This document shows positions 35,611 through 44,737 of a DNA stretch of 64,000 nucleotides, piece by piece. Source of the DNA: Jiangellaceae bacterium. Lineage in GTDB: Bacteria; Actinomycetota; Actinomycetes; Jiangellales; Jiangellaceae. The notes beneath the pieces were generated by a model, which had not been told where the DNA came from, did no database searches, and worked only from the letters and a program-made list of their open reading frames with translations. The DNA lies in the NCBI GenBank assembly GCA_036377395.1, contig DASUYL010000069.1:5757-69756 (forward strand). Direction: 5' to 3'. Each line of letters opens with the position of its first letter. Within the stretch, counting starts at the first letter, position 1. Made by a program: the position numbers and the translations under genes.

Positions 35611-36558
35611 GTGGCGGAATCGGGCAGACTCGACGCTGTGCTGCAGACCATGGTGTCCGATCAGGTCGGGGCGATGTTCCGTCGCATCGTGTCCGGTGAT
35701 CCAACCGGCCGGCCGCCGTGGGTCCAGGCGATCGAGGACGGCGACGACGCGGGCCTGTTCGGCCCGGGCTCGGCCCCATGGGTCGTGCACGGTCACTTGG
35801 CGACGTTGGCCGGCGGTGTCCGGGCGCTGCTCCTGCAGGCATCGCACCCAGGTGCTCTGGTCGGCGTCCGCGAGCACTCGCGCTTCCGCGACGACGCCTT
35901 GGGGCGTCTGGCCGGGACGACCCGCTGGCTCGTCACCCTGACCTTCGGGTCGACCGCCCTGGCCGAGCGGGAGTCGGCACGGGTGCGGCGCATGCACGAA
36001 CGTGTTCGGGGCAGCTACGAACCTCCGGGCGAGCCGGGTGTCCGGCGTCGGTACTCCGCCGCCGATCAGGACCTGTTGCGGTGGGTGCACGTGACGTTCA
36101 CCGACTCGTTCCTGACGGCGCACGAGGCGTGGGGAGGGCAGATCCCGGGCGGACCGGACGCCTACGTCGCGGCGTGGGGTCGTGCCGCCCAGTTGCTCGG
36201 ACTGGTCGACCCGCCCCGGTCCCGCGCCGAGTTGGACGAACAGATGCTGGCGTTCGAGCCGGTCCTCGACGGCGGAACGGCAGTTCGCGAGATGGCACGG
36301 TTCGTGCTCGCTCCACCGCTGCCCTTCGTTGCCAGGCCCGCGTACGCCGTCCTCGGGGCCGGTGCTGTGGCCACGCTGCCTCGCGTCCACAGGGAACGGC
36401 TCGGGCTGCCGTGGGTGCCTGGTCGCACCGCGCGGCTGGCGACCAGAGGTCTGCTTGCGGCGCTACGGCTCGCGCTGGGCGACACCTCTCCGAGCGAGCA
36501 GGCCGCGCGGGCGCGGCTGGCACGGCTGCACGCAGGATCGGCCACCACTGCGTCGTGA
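35611..36558 (+). CDS. DUF2236 (MpaB-like oxygenase) family protein
   Basis: LLQASHPGALVGVREHSRFRDDALGRLAGTTRWL...RVRRMHERVRG motifs. GTG 35611 or ATG 35650. Confidence 0.8.
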   Translation: MAESGRLDAVLQTMVSDQVGAMFRRIVSGDPTGRPPWVQAIEDGDDAGLFGPGSAPWVVHGHLATLAGGVRALLLQASHPGALVGVREHSRFRDDALGRLAGTTRWLVTLTFGSTALAERESARVRRMHERVRGSYEPPGEPGVRRRYSAADQDLLRWVHVTFTDSFLTAHEAWGGQIPGGPDAYVAAWGRAAQLLGLVDPPRSRAELDEQMLAFEPVLDGGTAVREMARFVLAPPLPFVARPAYAVLGAGAVATLPRVHRERLGLPWVPGRTARLATRGLLAALRLALGDTSPSEQAARARLARLHAGSATTAS

Positions 36559-36576
36559 CCCGGACGGCCGGCGTCG

Positions 36577-37296
36577 CTAGTGTCCGGCAGCATCTCGGAT
36601 CTGCCGGATTGCCTCGGCTACGCCACCGTGCCACGGTGCACCATGGCCGGGCAGTACCCACGTCGCTGGCACAGCCTCCAGCCTGGACAGCGACGCCAGC
36701 GCCGCGCCCGGCTCGAGGGTGAAGGGAGCGGGTCGCGGGCCGCGCTCGCCGGTCAGGACGTTACCTGTGGTCATCGCGTCGCCGACGAACAGCGCATCGA
36801 CGGCCGGTACGTGGACGGCAACGCTGCCCGGCGTATGCCCCGGCACGTGGATGATGCGAGGGGAACCGGGTAGATCGAGTGTCTCGCCGTCGGTGAACGT
36901 CGCGACCTCGGTGACCGGTGGAACGCGCAGTCCACCGCGTCTCGCGCTGTACCAGAGGAATCTCGCCATAGAGCCGATCTTGATCGGTCCCCAGCCGGTG
37001 TTCGGCTTCTTGACCTCCCCACGCGCGCGGGCAGCGTCGAGTTCGTGCACATGGACCGTTACTCCACGTTCACGCCGCAGCCGTTCCGCGTAACCGATGT
37101 GGTCGGTGTCGCCATGGGTCAGGACAATGCCGCGAATGTCGCCGAGCGATCGGCCCATCTGGGCAAGCTCCGGCTCGAGCTCTGCCCAATGTCCCGGCAG
37201 ACCGGCGTCGACGATCGTGACGCCGCCGGCCTGCTCGACCAGGTAACTGCTGACGATGTCGGAACCGATGCGGTGAAGGTGCGGTGCCAGCTTCAA
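36577..37296 (-). CDS. MBL-fold metallo-hydrolase
   Basis: The LTHGDTDHIG metal-binding motif (HxHxDH variant). TTG start at 37296 with GAGGGG upstream. Confidence 0.85.
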   Translation of the reverse strand: MKLAPHLHRIGSDIVSSYLVEQAGGVTIVDAGLPGHWAELEPELAQMGRSLGDIRGIVLTHGDTDHIGYAERLRRERGVTVHVHELDAARARGEVKKPNTGWGPIKIGSMARFLWYSARRGGLRVPPVTEVATFTDGETLDLPGSPRIIHVPGHTPGSVAVHVPAVDALFVGDAMTTGNVLTGERGPRPAPFTLEPGAALASLSRLEAVPATWVLPGHGAPWHGGVAEAIRQIRDAAGH

Positions 37297-37330
37297 CGGG
37301 CCTATCCCCTCTGTCGGGCCACGCGGAGCC

Positions 37331-40300
37331 TCATGCCAGCCTGGCCGCGAGCGATGGAGACGCCATCGTCCGCAGCCGGGCCAGTCCAAGCGCCACGCTG
37401 TCGGCCGCTGCGGCAGTGCTGTCGAACCCCTCGGTGACGAACGCATCGACCGCACCACGCACGTACGGATCCTGGCTCAGGTAATAGGCGAGCTCGCCGG
37501 CGTAGAGATCGCGCTCATCGTCGCCGGCGGCGGGCAGGATCGCTTCCAGGGCGGCGGTTGCCTGGTCAGCGGACTGACCGGGCAAGTACGCCGCCAGTCG
37601 TTCCTCCGCGCTGAGGGCGACGGGTTCTCGCGGCAGTGATGGAGCCGCAGCCGGAAGCGCGCGGGCGAGCAGGGCGTCGGCATCCACGATGCCGGCCCCG
37701 TATTGTGAGCCGTCCCAGCCGGTCGGCCGGCGGGCCGTCCTCCGTACGAGGTCGATGAAAACGGCCTGCAGGGCCGCCTTGCCGTACCTCGAGATCAGGT
37801 TCTCACGGCCGTGATGGGCGAGCCACAGCGCCGCCACACCGGCCGTGAGCGCCACGGCGAACGAGGTGCCCGCACTTCGACCCACCGAGAACACCGGTCC
37901 GTCCGCACCTTTGCGCGCCCGGGCCGTGTGGACGCTCTCGCCGGGTGCGCTGATGTCGACCAGCTGACCATGTGACGACCCGCTCCACGGTTCGTCGCGG
38001 ACGTTCGTCGCCGCGACGGCCACGACCTCGGCGTAGTTCGCCGGTGAGACGACGAACCCCACCTGGTTCCCGGCTGCCGCCAGCACGATGATCCCGTCGT
38101 CGATGGCCGCATTGATCGCGGCTCGGAGCGCCGGTGAGAACCCGACGCCGCCGAGGCTCATCGTGATCACGTGGCATCCGCTCCGCCGCGCATACTCCAC
38201 GGCCCGGGCGACGTCCCCGTCGAAGACGAGGACGACGCTGCGGATCGCACGCAACGGGACCAGACTCGAGCCCGGCGCGGACCCGGTGACGGTTCCCGGA
38301 TCGCGGCTCATCACCACCGACGCCGTGGCGGTCCCGTGCCCGGGGTTGTCCATCCACCACCATCGCCTGGTGAGTGGATCGGTGGCGTCGTTGTCGTTGT
38401 CGAGCAGGTCTCGCTGCCGGGCAGTGTCGATACCCGGCTGCAGTTCCGGCTGCGCCGTCACACCGGTGTCGGGTTGGGCCACCGAGATTCCGGCACCGCG
38501 GGACGGTTCCTGCGTCCATGCGCCGGGCACACGCATGCTCTCCAATGCCCACCGGGGATTCTCGGTCCCCGGCAGATGCGCGGACTGCGCGCCTGCACCA
38601 TCGATGGTCGGGTCTTGAGCGTCGAGGTCGTATACCCCGACCGGCGGGTACATGGCTCCGGACGGCAGGTCGGGCTGCACGTCGAAGCCGGTACGCCTCA
38701 TCAACTCCCGCGACATCTCGAAGGCCAGGGACCTGCGCTGGTCGTCGGTGCCGCGCCGGAGGCTTCCCGTCACTGCGTAGTAGCCCTGCAGGTCCGGAGG
38801 AGGCGGCGTGTCGGGGTCGATCTGGAACAGCGGCTCGACGGTCCAGCGCCGCCCGAACGTTCGTTGCACCGCTCGCCGGACCGTGGCGCGATCCGCGTCG
38901 CCGGCAGCGACGAGGAAGCGCAGCAGCGTGGGGACTTCCATGGCGGGTGCGCGTACCAGTGTGGCTCCGGGCTGGACGCCCCATCGTCCCGATGGGAGCG
39001 GACCCAGGCGCTCGCGCCGGTTCGCGACCAGCGTTCCCTCGTGATAGCCCATCAGCCGCAGCCGGAGGGCCCCGGCACCGGGCTTCCTGATCGTCGTCGG
39101 CCGCTCGTCGCGGACGTTGACCGAGGCCACGGGCCGGTCGTCGAGGTAGACGTCGATCCGGTCCATTCCGCCCGTGGTGATGGTGAGCTCCAGCGTTCCT
39201 CCGCGCACCACCGTCGCCGGGTCGATGTCGAGCCGGCGCGTCGGCTGCGTTCCGAGCATGGCTGCGGCATGTGCGATCAGGTCGTCGTTCGCGCCGTCGA
39301 CGTCGCGGCGGGTCATGCGGTGGATTTCGTCCGGCACGACTCCCAGGTCCTCGACCGGTGTACCGGCGGCGTCGGCGACCCGCAGCGTCCGCCGGATCGA
39401 GACCCTCATGTCGACGCCCGCCGGCAGCGCGCGATACGGCGACCGCACGGATCCACGTTCGTTCATCAACTGGCTCAGCAGGCTGTGAGTCCACACATTC
39501 GCGCCACCCGCGCCGGTGTTGGAGTCCACCCCGAGCACCTTGCCGATGCCGTGATCCTGGAAGCCGCCGGCGAAGATGTCCGTCGCGGAGTAGCAGCGAG
39601 CATCGGTGATCAGGACGGCCGGCCCGAAGTAGCGTTGGCCGACGGCGTTCGCCCGGTCGCTGGGTGTGATCGAGAAGGCGTTGGAATGGGTGGCGCCGGT
39701 CTCGACGGCTTGCTCCATCGAGGGTAGCCATGGCCCGAGGTTGATGCCGCCCTGTCCACGATCATGCTGTCGGCAGATCTCCGTGTTTAGCGCCGAGTTG
39801 ATGAACTGCGTCGGCTCCGGCGTGATGACGGCGGGCGTCAAGGTCTGCAGGATGAGTTCGGCGGCCCAGATGTGCCCGCCCCCGTTCCCCCGTACGTCGA
39901 TGATCAGGCCACGGCGCGGCATCGCCTCGATGAGCCGGACGAACTCCGCCACGAACGCGTCGGGATCGCTCACGTTGAACGTGAAGATCCGCACGTATCC
40001 GAACTCGGTCTGGTCGATGGTGACCGGGCGGGCACGGAACACCGAAGGGAGACTCGTCTCGATCTCCCCCTGGGCGGGGCGGGGCTCGTCGGCGCTTGGA
40101 TCGAGTTCGCTCGCCGCGACCGCCGGTGCGAACAGCAGCTTCCGGGCTCGGTAGGCCTCGTCCTGGTCGAGATCCAATCCGCTGGCCGTTCTGGACTCGT
40201 CGATGCGTGCATCCTCCGCCGTCGCCGGGGGCAGGTTCGGCGCCACCAGCCACGGCTGGCGGAACTCTCCCGGCGTGCCGTTCTTCTGGAACCCGATGAC

Positions 40301-40990
40301 CACCCAGTCCTCGTCCGGGTACCGGTGGATGCGCAAGGGACGGATGGTGAGCGACTCGACCCCACGTGCGTGACGGGCGGCGTCGTTGCTACCCGCGTAT
40401 CGGGCGGCGTTCAGCTCGATGGCCCGCTCGATCGGCATCCCGTTCCAATGAGTGATCTCGACGCCGTGTGCGAAGTCACCGGTGGGTGCACCCTCCATGA
40501 CCTTGGTGACCAGGTACTTCGGGCGGTCGTCCTCGTAGAACTCCTCGACCAGGAACGGAAGAAATGCCAGTTGGCCGCGGTACGGGTCCGGGAGGAGATA
40601 GTTGGTGTGCAGGTCGCGCAGCGCGTGGAAGATCTCCGACAGCTCACCGTGGAAGTCGTCAGCAGGCGAAAGAGGGCCGCTGGTCGACCTCGTCAGGCGT
40701 GCCTGCAACAGCCGTAAGCGCTGCACCGGGTTCACCGCGTGCATCGCGACCTTGTGCGGGAGGTGGACGTAGTTCTGCTCGATCAGCACGAGGGCCTGCT
40801 CCACGATTCGCCGGCGGTCGGGCATCGTCAGCCGGACTTCCTGCTGCCGGAACGTCGCCAGATCGACGGCCTGCGCCAGCAGAGACTGCACACCCTCGGG
40901 TGCGGCCTCGGCCAGGTCGGCTCCGATGCCAGAGGACTGGCCGGCGCCGGAGTCGTTCCGCCCGTCGTAGGACTCGTCGTCGCTGACCAT
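37331..40990 (-). CDS. large cytoplasmic dual-protease fusion: N-terminal S41 peptidase + beta-rich linker + C-terminal S8 subtilase
   Basis: S41: GLIIDVRGNGGGHIW and LITDARCYSATDIFAGGFQD. S8: AQPDTGV (Asp), NPGHGTATAS (His), AAAGNQ (Asn), SAGTSFAVALTAG (Ser). Acidic N-terminus with no signal peptide. GGAGGG precedes the ATG at 40990. Confidence 0.85.
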   Translation of the reverse strand: MVSDDESYDGRNDSGAGQSSGIGADLAEAAPEGVQSLLAQAVDLATFRQQEVRLTMPDRRRIVEQALVLIEQNYVHLPHKVAMHAVNPVQRLRLLQARLTRSTSGPLSPADDFHGELSEIFHALRDLHTNYLLPDPYRGQLAFLPFLVEEFYEDDRPKYLVTKVMEGAPTGDFAHGVEITHWNGMPIERAIELNAARYAGSNDAARHARGVESLTIRPLRIHRYPDEDWVVIGFQKNGTPGEFRQPWLVAPNLPPATAEDARIDESRTASGLDLDQDEAYRARKLLFAPAVAASELDPSADEPRPAQGEIETSLPSVFRARPVTIDQTEFGYVRIFTFNVSDPDAFVAEFVRLIEAMPRRGLIIDVRGNGGGHIWAAELILQTLTPAVITPEPTQFINSALNTEICRQHDRGQGGINLGPWLPSMEQAVETGATHSNAFSITPSDRANAVGQRYFGPAVLITDARCYSATDIFAGGFQDHGIGKVLGVDSNTGAGGANVWTHSLLSQLMNERGSVRSPYRALPAGVDMRVSIRRTLRVADAAGTPVEDLGVVPDEIHRMTRRDVDGANDDLIAHAAAMLGTQPTRRLDIDPATVVRGGTLELTITTGGMDRIDVYLDDRPVASVNVRDERPTTIRKPGAGALRLRLMGYHEGTLVANRRERLGPLPSGRWGVQPGATLVRAPAMEVPTLLRFLVAAGDADRATVRRAVQRTFGRRWTVEPLFQIDPDTPPPPDLQGYYAVTGSLRRGTDDQRRSLAFEMSRELMRRTGFDVQPDLPSGAMYPPVGVYDLDAQDPTIDGAGAQSAHLPGTENPRWALESMRVPGAWTQEPSRGAGISVAQPDTGVTAQPELQPGIDTARQRDLLDNDNDATDPLTRRWWWMDNPGHGTATASVVMSRDPGTVTGSAPGSSLVPLRAIRSVVLVFDGDVARAVEYARRSGCHVITMSLGGVGFSPALRAAINAAIDDGIIVLAAAGNQVGFVVSPANYAEVVAVAATNVRDEPWSGSSHGQLVDISAPGESVHTARARKGADGPVFSVGRSAGTSFAVALTAGVAALWLAHHGRENLISRYGKAALQAVFIDLVRRTARRPTGWDGSQYGAGIVDADALLARALPAAAPSLPREPVALSAEERLAAYLPGQSADQATAALEAILPAAGDDERDLYAGELAYYLSQDPYVRGAVDAFVTEGFDSTAAAADSVALGLARLRTMASPSLAARLA

Positions 40991-41116
40991 GACACCCTCC
41001 ACTGTCCACGTCCTCGACCGCCGACACCGGCTGACTCTCGCCTACAGGGACGAAGAGGCGATACTGCCGCCATTGATACGCCTAGGCCATGTCGCTGCCG
41101 ACGGGAGGGCGCACGG

Positions 41117-42235
41117 CTACCCCTCGATGTCCAGCACCCGCAGCGGGTGGAAGCGCCCACCACCCACGGCCAGCCGGGTGCCGCGGCGAAGGTCGATGTC
41201 GCCGTTCGCATCGAAGCCGAACCGACCCTGCAGACCGGGGAAGTCGCGCGTACCGAAGGCCGCCTCGACGATCGCGGCCCGATCCGGCACGCCGACACGC
41301 TCGACCGCCTCGAGGACGACGCCCATCGCGTCGTACGCGGAAGCGGCGTACGACTCGGGCTCCTTCCCGAAGCGCTTGACGTAACGGCGGAAGAACACTC
41401 GCCCCGGACCCTGCAGGAGCGCCGGTGGAACGCTGCCGAACGTGACGTACGTGCCTTCGGCGTGCTCACCTGCATCCGCGATGAAGGCCTCCTCGAAGAG
41501 GGCGTCCGAGCCCATCATCATCATCTCCGGAGCGGCCGTGCGGATGTCTCGCCACAGCGGACCTGCACCGTTCTGGATGATCCCGCCGTAGAAGACGAGG
41601 CCGGCACCACTGGCGGCGACCCGCTCGGCCAGCTCTGCGTACTCCTGCCGCTTCGGCGCGATTCCGATCGGCTCCCCCACGACTTCGACGCCGAGCTCGC
41701 GACAGCGGTCGGCGAAGGGCAGCGCGACACCGCGGCCGAACGGCTCGGTGTCGTGCAGCACGACGGCCGCGTCGGCACCGAGCTCCTTCGCCCAGTCCGC
41801 AGCGAATGCACCTTGCAGGTCGTCCGGCAACGCGGTGCGCAGATAGGTGCGCCTGCCCGTCGGGTAGTACTTGTCGGGCTCGCCCGGGTCGAATGGGCGG
41901 GTGAGACCCGGATAGGTGTTGCACGGCGAGATCTGGAGCAGGCCCGCCCGGTTGGTGATCGGGATGGAATGGGGCGCGGCGTCGGCGTCGAGTGTGGCGA
42001 CGTACGCGAGGACGTCCGGGTCGGCGACGGCGTGGCGGGCGTTGGCCCGCTCACGCTCGGCGTCCCACGAGCCGGTCGCCTCGCTGCCGCCGTCGAGGTC
42101 CTCATACCCGATCGGCACGCCGAGCAGGCGGTTGCCGGAGTCCTCCATGCGTAGCCGCATGGCGTTGACGATCGAGTCGCTCTGGCCGATCGACGAGCCG
42201 CTGCGGGTGAGGCTGGACACCAGCTTCACCCGCAT
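41117..42235 (-). CDS. type 1 periplasmic-binding-protein fold (LivK/AmiC-like) ligand-binding protein lacking a signal peptide
   Basis: LivK-like length and sequence (ITNRAGLLQISPCNTYPGLT..., FGFDANGD). The N-terminus MRVKLVSSLTRSGSS is not a signal peptide or lipobox. Confidence 0.75.
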   Translation of the reverse strand: MRVKLVSSLTRSGSSIGQSDSIVNAMRLRMEDSGNRLLGVPIGYEDLDGGSEATGSWDAERERANARHAVADPDVLAYVATLDADAAPHSIPITNRAGLLQISPCNTYPGLTRPFDPGEPDKYYPTGRRTYLRTALPDDLQGAFAADWAKELGADAAVVLHDTEPFGRGVALPFADRCRELGVEVVGEPIGIAPKRQEYAELAERVAASGAGLVFYGGIIQNGAGPLWRDIRTAAPEMMMMGSDALFEEAFIADAGEHAEGTYVTFGSVPPALLQGPGRVFFRRYVKRFGKEPESYAASAYDAMGVVLEAVERVGVPDRAAIVEAAFGTRDFPGLQGRFGFDANGDIDLRRGTRLAVGGGRFHPLRVLDIEG

Positions 42236-42313
42236 GACGCCCCTCTAACCGCGTTCGGGTCCACCTCAGGCCGACGAGATTCGTCGCGAGCCGCGGCCCG
42301 GACGACAGGCGAG

Positions 42314-42523
42314 CTATGCGCCGCCCTCGTACTTGAACGAGATGCGCACCTTCGTTCGGAACGTGAGACTACCGTCCTCACTCAGGTTGATGTCCTGTGC
42401 CACGACCTCGGCGACCCTGAGGTCGCGGATCGTCTGACGCGCCGTGTTGATCGCGACTGACGCTGCGTCTTCCCAGGACTCCGTGCTCGTGCCGATCACA
42501 TCGGTCACGCGGTAAACGCTCAT
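42314..42523 (-). CDS. dodecin family flavin-binding protein
   Basis: 69 aa, MSVYRVTDVIGTSTESWEDAA...RISFKYE. GAGGAGGG RBS. Confidence 0.8.
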   Translation of the reverse strand: MSVYRVTDVIGTSTESWEDAASVAINTARQTIRDLRVAEVVAQDINLSEDGSLTFRTKVRISFKYEGGA

Positions 42524-42739
42524 CCGACCCTCCTCGCCAGACCGGCTCACTGTCTGGACAGTCCTAGTGGAGGGATGCGCCCGGCCACAAGGGACACCGG
42601 CGCATTCGTGTCCAGCCAGGTCGGACTGCCGACGGTCGACGGCTAGTTCCTCGAGATGTCCCGTCTGAAATCCGCCAGTCTCCGAACCACGGTGACGGAA
42701 GCATGGGTCGTGGACGAGCAATCGACAGGGGAGTCGGCA

Positions 42740-43693
42740 ATGGTGCGACCTTTTCGGTTCGGTGTTCTGGGTGAGTCCATTCGTACCGGCACCGAGTTGA
42801 CGGATACGGCCAGGCGGGCCGAGGACCTCGGCTACTCAACGCTGCTGATCCGCGACCACCTCGTCGCAGAGCCCTTCGGCCATCAATTCGCTCCCCTGGT
42901 GGCATTGGCGGCCGCCGCCGCAGTCACCACCACGCTGCGAATCGGCACGCTGGTGCTCGCCAACGACTACCGCCATCCGGCGCTGCTCGCAAAGGAGGCG
43001 GCGACCCTCGACGTGCTCTCGAACGGTCGGCTCGAACTCGGGTTGGGCGCCGGGTGGCTGCGGGACGAGTACGAACAGGCCGGCATTGCCTTCGATCCGC
43101 CAGGGGTCCGGGTCAGTCGCCTCGCCGAGTCGCTGCATGCACTCAAGGAGCTGTTCAGCGGCAAGCCGACGACGGTGCACGGTGATCACTACGAGATCAC
43201 GGACCTCGCCGGCTTCCCCGTCCCAGTGCAACAGCCGCACCCACCAATCCTCGTCGGCGCGGGCAGCCGGCGCATGCTCGGCCTCGCCGGGCAGGAGGCC
43301 GACATCGTCGGCATCCTGCCGAAGGCACTTCCGAGCGGAACCATCTCCGACGACCTGTCCGAACGGACCGCCGCCGCGACGGCACAGAAGGTGGCCTGGA
43401 TCCGTGCAGGCGCCGGCGACCGGTTCGAGGAGATCGAACTCAGCATGATGATCTCGCCACTGATCGCCGAGCGGCAGGACGACGTTGCGGCGCAGTTCGC
43501 CGCAGCGCGTGGGTGGGGTCCCAGCGCGGCCGTGCATGTCAGCGACATGCCGTCGGCGTTCGTCGGCCCGGTCCAGCGCATCGTCGATCTCATGGCGGAG
43601 CGACGGGAGCGCTACGGCTTCTCGTACTACGTCGTGTCCGACCGGGCACTGGCGGCGTTCGCTCCCGTCGTCACCAGCCTGGCAGGCCGCTGA
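42740..43693 (+). CDS. LLM-class F420-dependent (luciferase-like) oxidoreductase
   Basis: FRFGV...AEDLGYSTLLIRDHL...GRLELGLGAGW motifs. Confidence 0.85.
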   Translation: MVRPFRFGVLGESIRTGTELTDTARRAEDLGYSTLLIRDHLVAEPFGHQFAPLVALAAAAAVTTTLRIGTLVLANDYRHPALLAKEAATLDVLSNGRLELGLGAGWLRDEYEQAGIAFDPPGVRVSRLAESLHALKELFSGKPTTVHGDHYEITDLAGFPVPVQQPHPPILVGAGSRRMLGLAGQEADIVGILPKALPSGTISDDLSERTAAATAQKVAWIRAGAGDRFEEIELSMMISPLIAERQDDVAAQFAAARGWGPSAAVHVSDMPSAFVGPVQRIVDLMAERRERYGFSYYVVSDRALAAFAPVVTSLAGR

Positions 43694-43723
43694 CCCGGCC
43701 GGTGCCGCGGTCGGCAGCGGTAC

Positions 43724-44188
43724 CTATCCAGCGACGAGCACAGCCAGCTTGTCGAAGGCGTCGTTCCACCCGGCCTCGGCGTGGCCGCGCCCCACAGGCG
43801 GGTAGGGCGAGTCACTGAGCGTCATGCGCGTCCTGGTGCCGTGGTCGTGAAACTCCACGCGCACGATCGTGGACTCGTGCATGCCCACTTCCGGCATCGG
43901 GTCCGAGCGCAGCACGATGAGCTCCGGCTCCACGACTTCGAGTATCTCGTAGCCGACCGTGAACTCGGAGCCACCGCCCCGCTCGACCATCGCCAGCTCG
44001 TAGCGCCCGCCGACGCGCAGGTCGATATTGATCCGCTCGCGCGGTGTGTCGAAGTGCTCCGGGCCGTACCACGCCGCCACGTGGTCGGGATCGGTCCACG
44101 CCCTGAACACACGCTCTCGCGGCGCATCGAACACTCGCGTGATCAAGACCTCCTGATCGGCGGCTGCCACAGGCATCGGGTCACTCAT
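43724..44188 (-). CDS. SRPBCC/AHSA1-family protein
   Basis: LITRVFDAPRERVFRAWTDPDHVAAWYGP motif. 8-nt overlap with the arsR stop. Confidence 0.85.
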   Translation of the reverse strand: MSDPMPVAAADQEVLITRVFDAPRERVFRAWTDPDHVAAWYGPEHFDTPRERINIDLRVGGRYELAMVERGGGSEFTVGYEILEVVEPELIVLRSDPMPEVGMHESTIVRVEFHDHGTRTRMTLSDSPYPPVGRGHAEAGWNDAFDKLAVLVAG

Positions 44189-44513
44189 CGTGCTCTCCCT
44201 TCCGGCGCAGATGCGCTTCGAGTCGGTCCATCCGGGCCTCCCACGTCCGCTTGCGCGACTGCATCCACTCCACCGCCTCGTCGAGCGGGTCGGCCTGCAG
44301 TCGGCTCGGCCGCCACTGAGCATGCTGGCTACGGACGATCAGACCCGCGCGCTCGAGCACCTTGAGGTGTCTCGAGATCGCCGGCAGGCTCACTGGGAAC
44401 GGCTCCGCCAGCTCGTTCACGGTCGCCTCGCCCTGGGCGAGACGAGTCAGGATCGAGCGGCGGGTCGGATCGGCGAGAGCGGCGAAAGTGAGGCTGAGCT
44501 GGTCCACTGGCAT
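44181..44513 (-). CDS. ArsR/SmtB family transcriptional regulator
   Basis: FAALADPTRRSILTRLAQGEATVNELAEPFPVSLPAISRHLKVLERAGLI. Confidence 0.9.
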   Translation of the reverse strand: MPVDQLSLTFAALADPTRRSILTRLAQGEATVNELAEPFPVSLPAISRHLKVLERAGLIVRSQHAQWRPSRLQADPLDEAVEWMQSRKRTWEARMDRLEAHLRRKGEHDE

Positions 44514-44529
44514 GGAACACTCCGGTTAA

Positions 44530-44545
44530 TTAATGAAGTCATTAA
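44530..44545. promoter_or_regulatory. perfect inverted repeat TTAATGA-AG-TCATTAA 17 nt upstream of the arsR-like start (candidate operator)
   Basis: The palindrome was read directly. It sits in a short A+T-rich patch in otherwise G+C-rich DNA. Confidence 0.5.
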
Positions 44546-44737
44546 ATACTACCCACTCCAGAAGGTCAACTCAGGGCACCGAGCGAGGAAGCCACGCCGT
44601 CTGCCGGTGTCATGGCAGTTCAGGGGGGCGCGGGTCGGCCAGAACGGGCGCCTACAGGGCGCGAGCCAGCTGATTCATGGCGAGCAGGCCTCGCTCTCCC
44701 GCCCTCGCCAGCGGTGATCACACCGACACGTGCTGAC

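Noticed and set aside
37803-39731. A 642-aa antisense-frame ORF, and the 518-aa plus-strand ORF (38171..39727), inside the S41-S8 protease gene
   Set aside because: Low-complexity Arg-rich translations. The 37331..40990 frame carries all the protease motifs.
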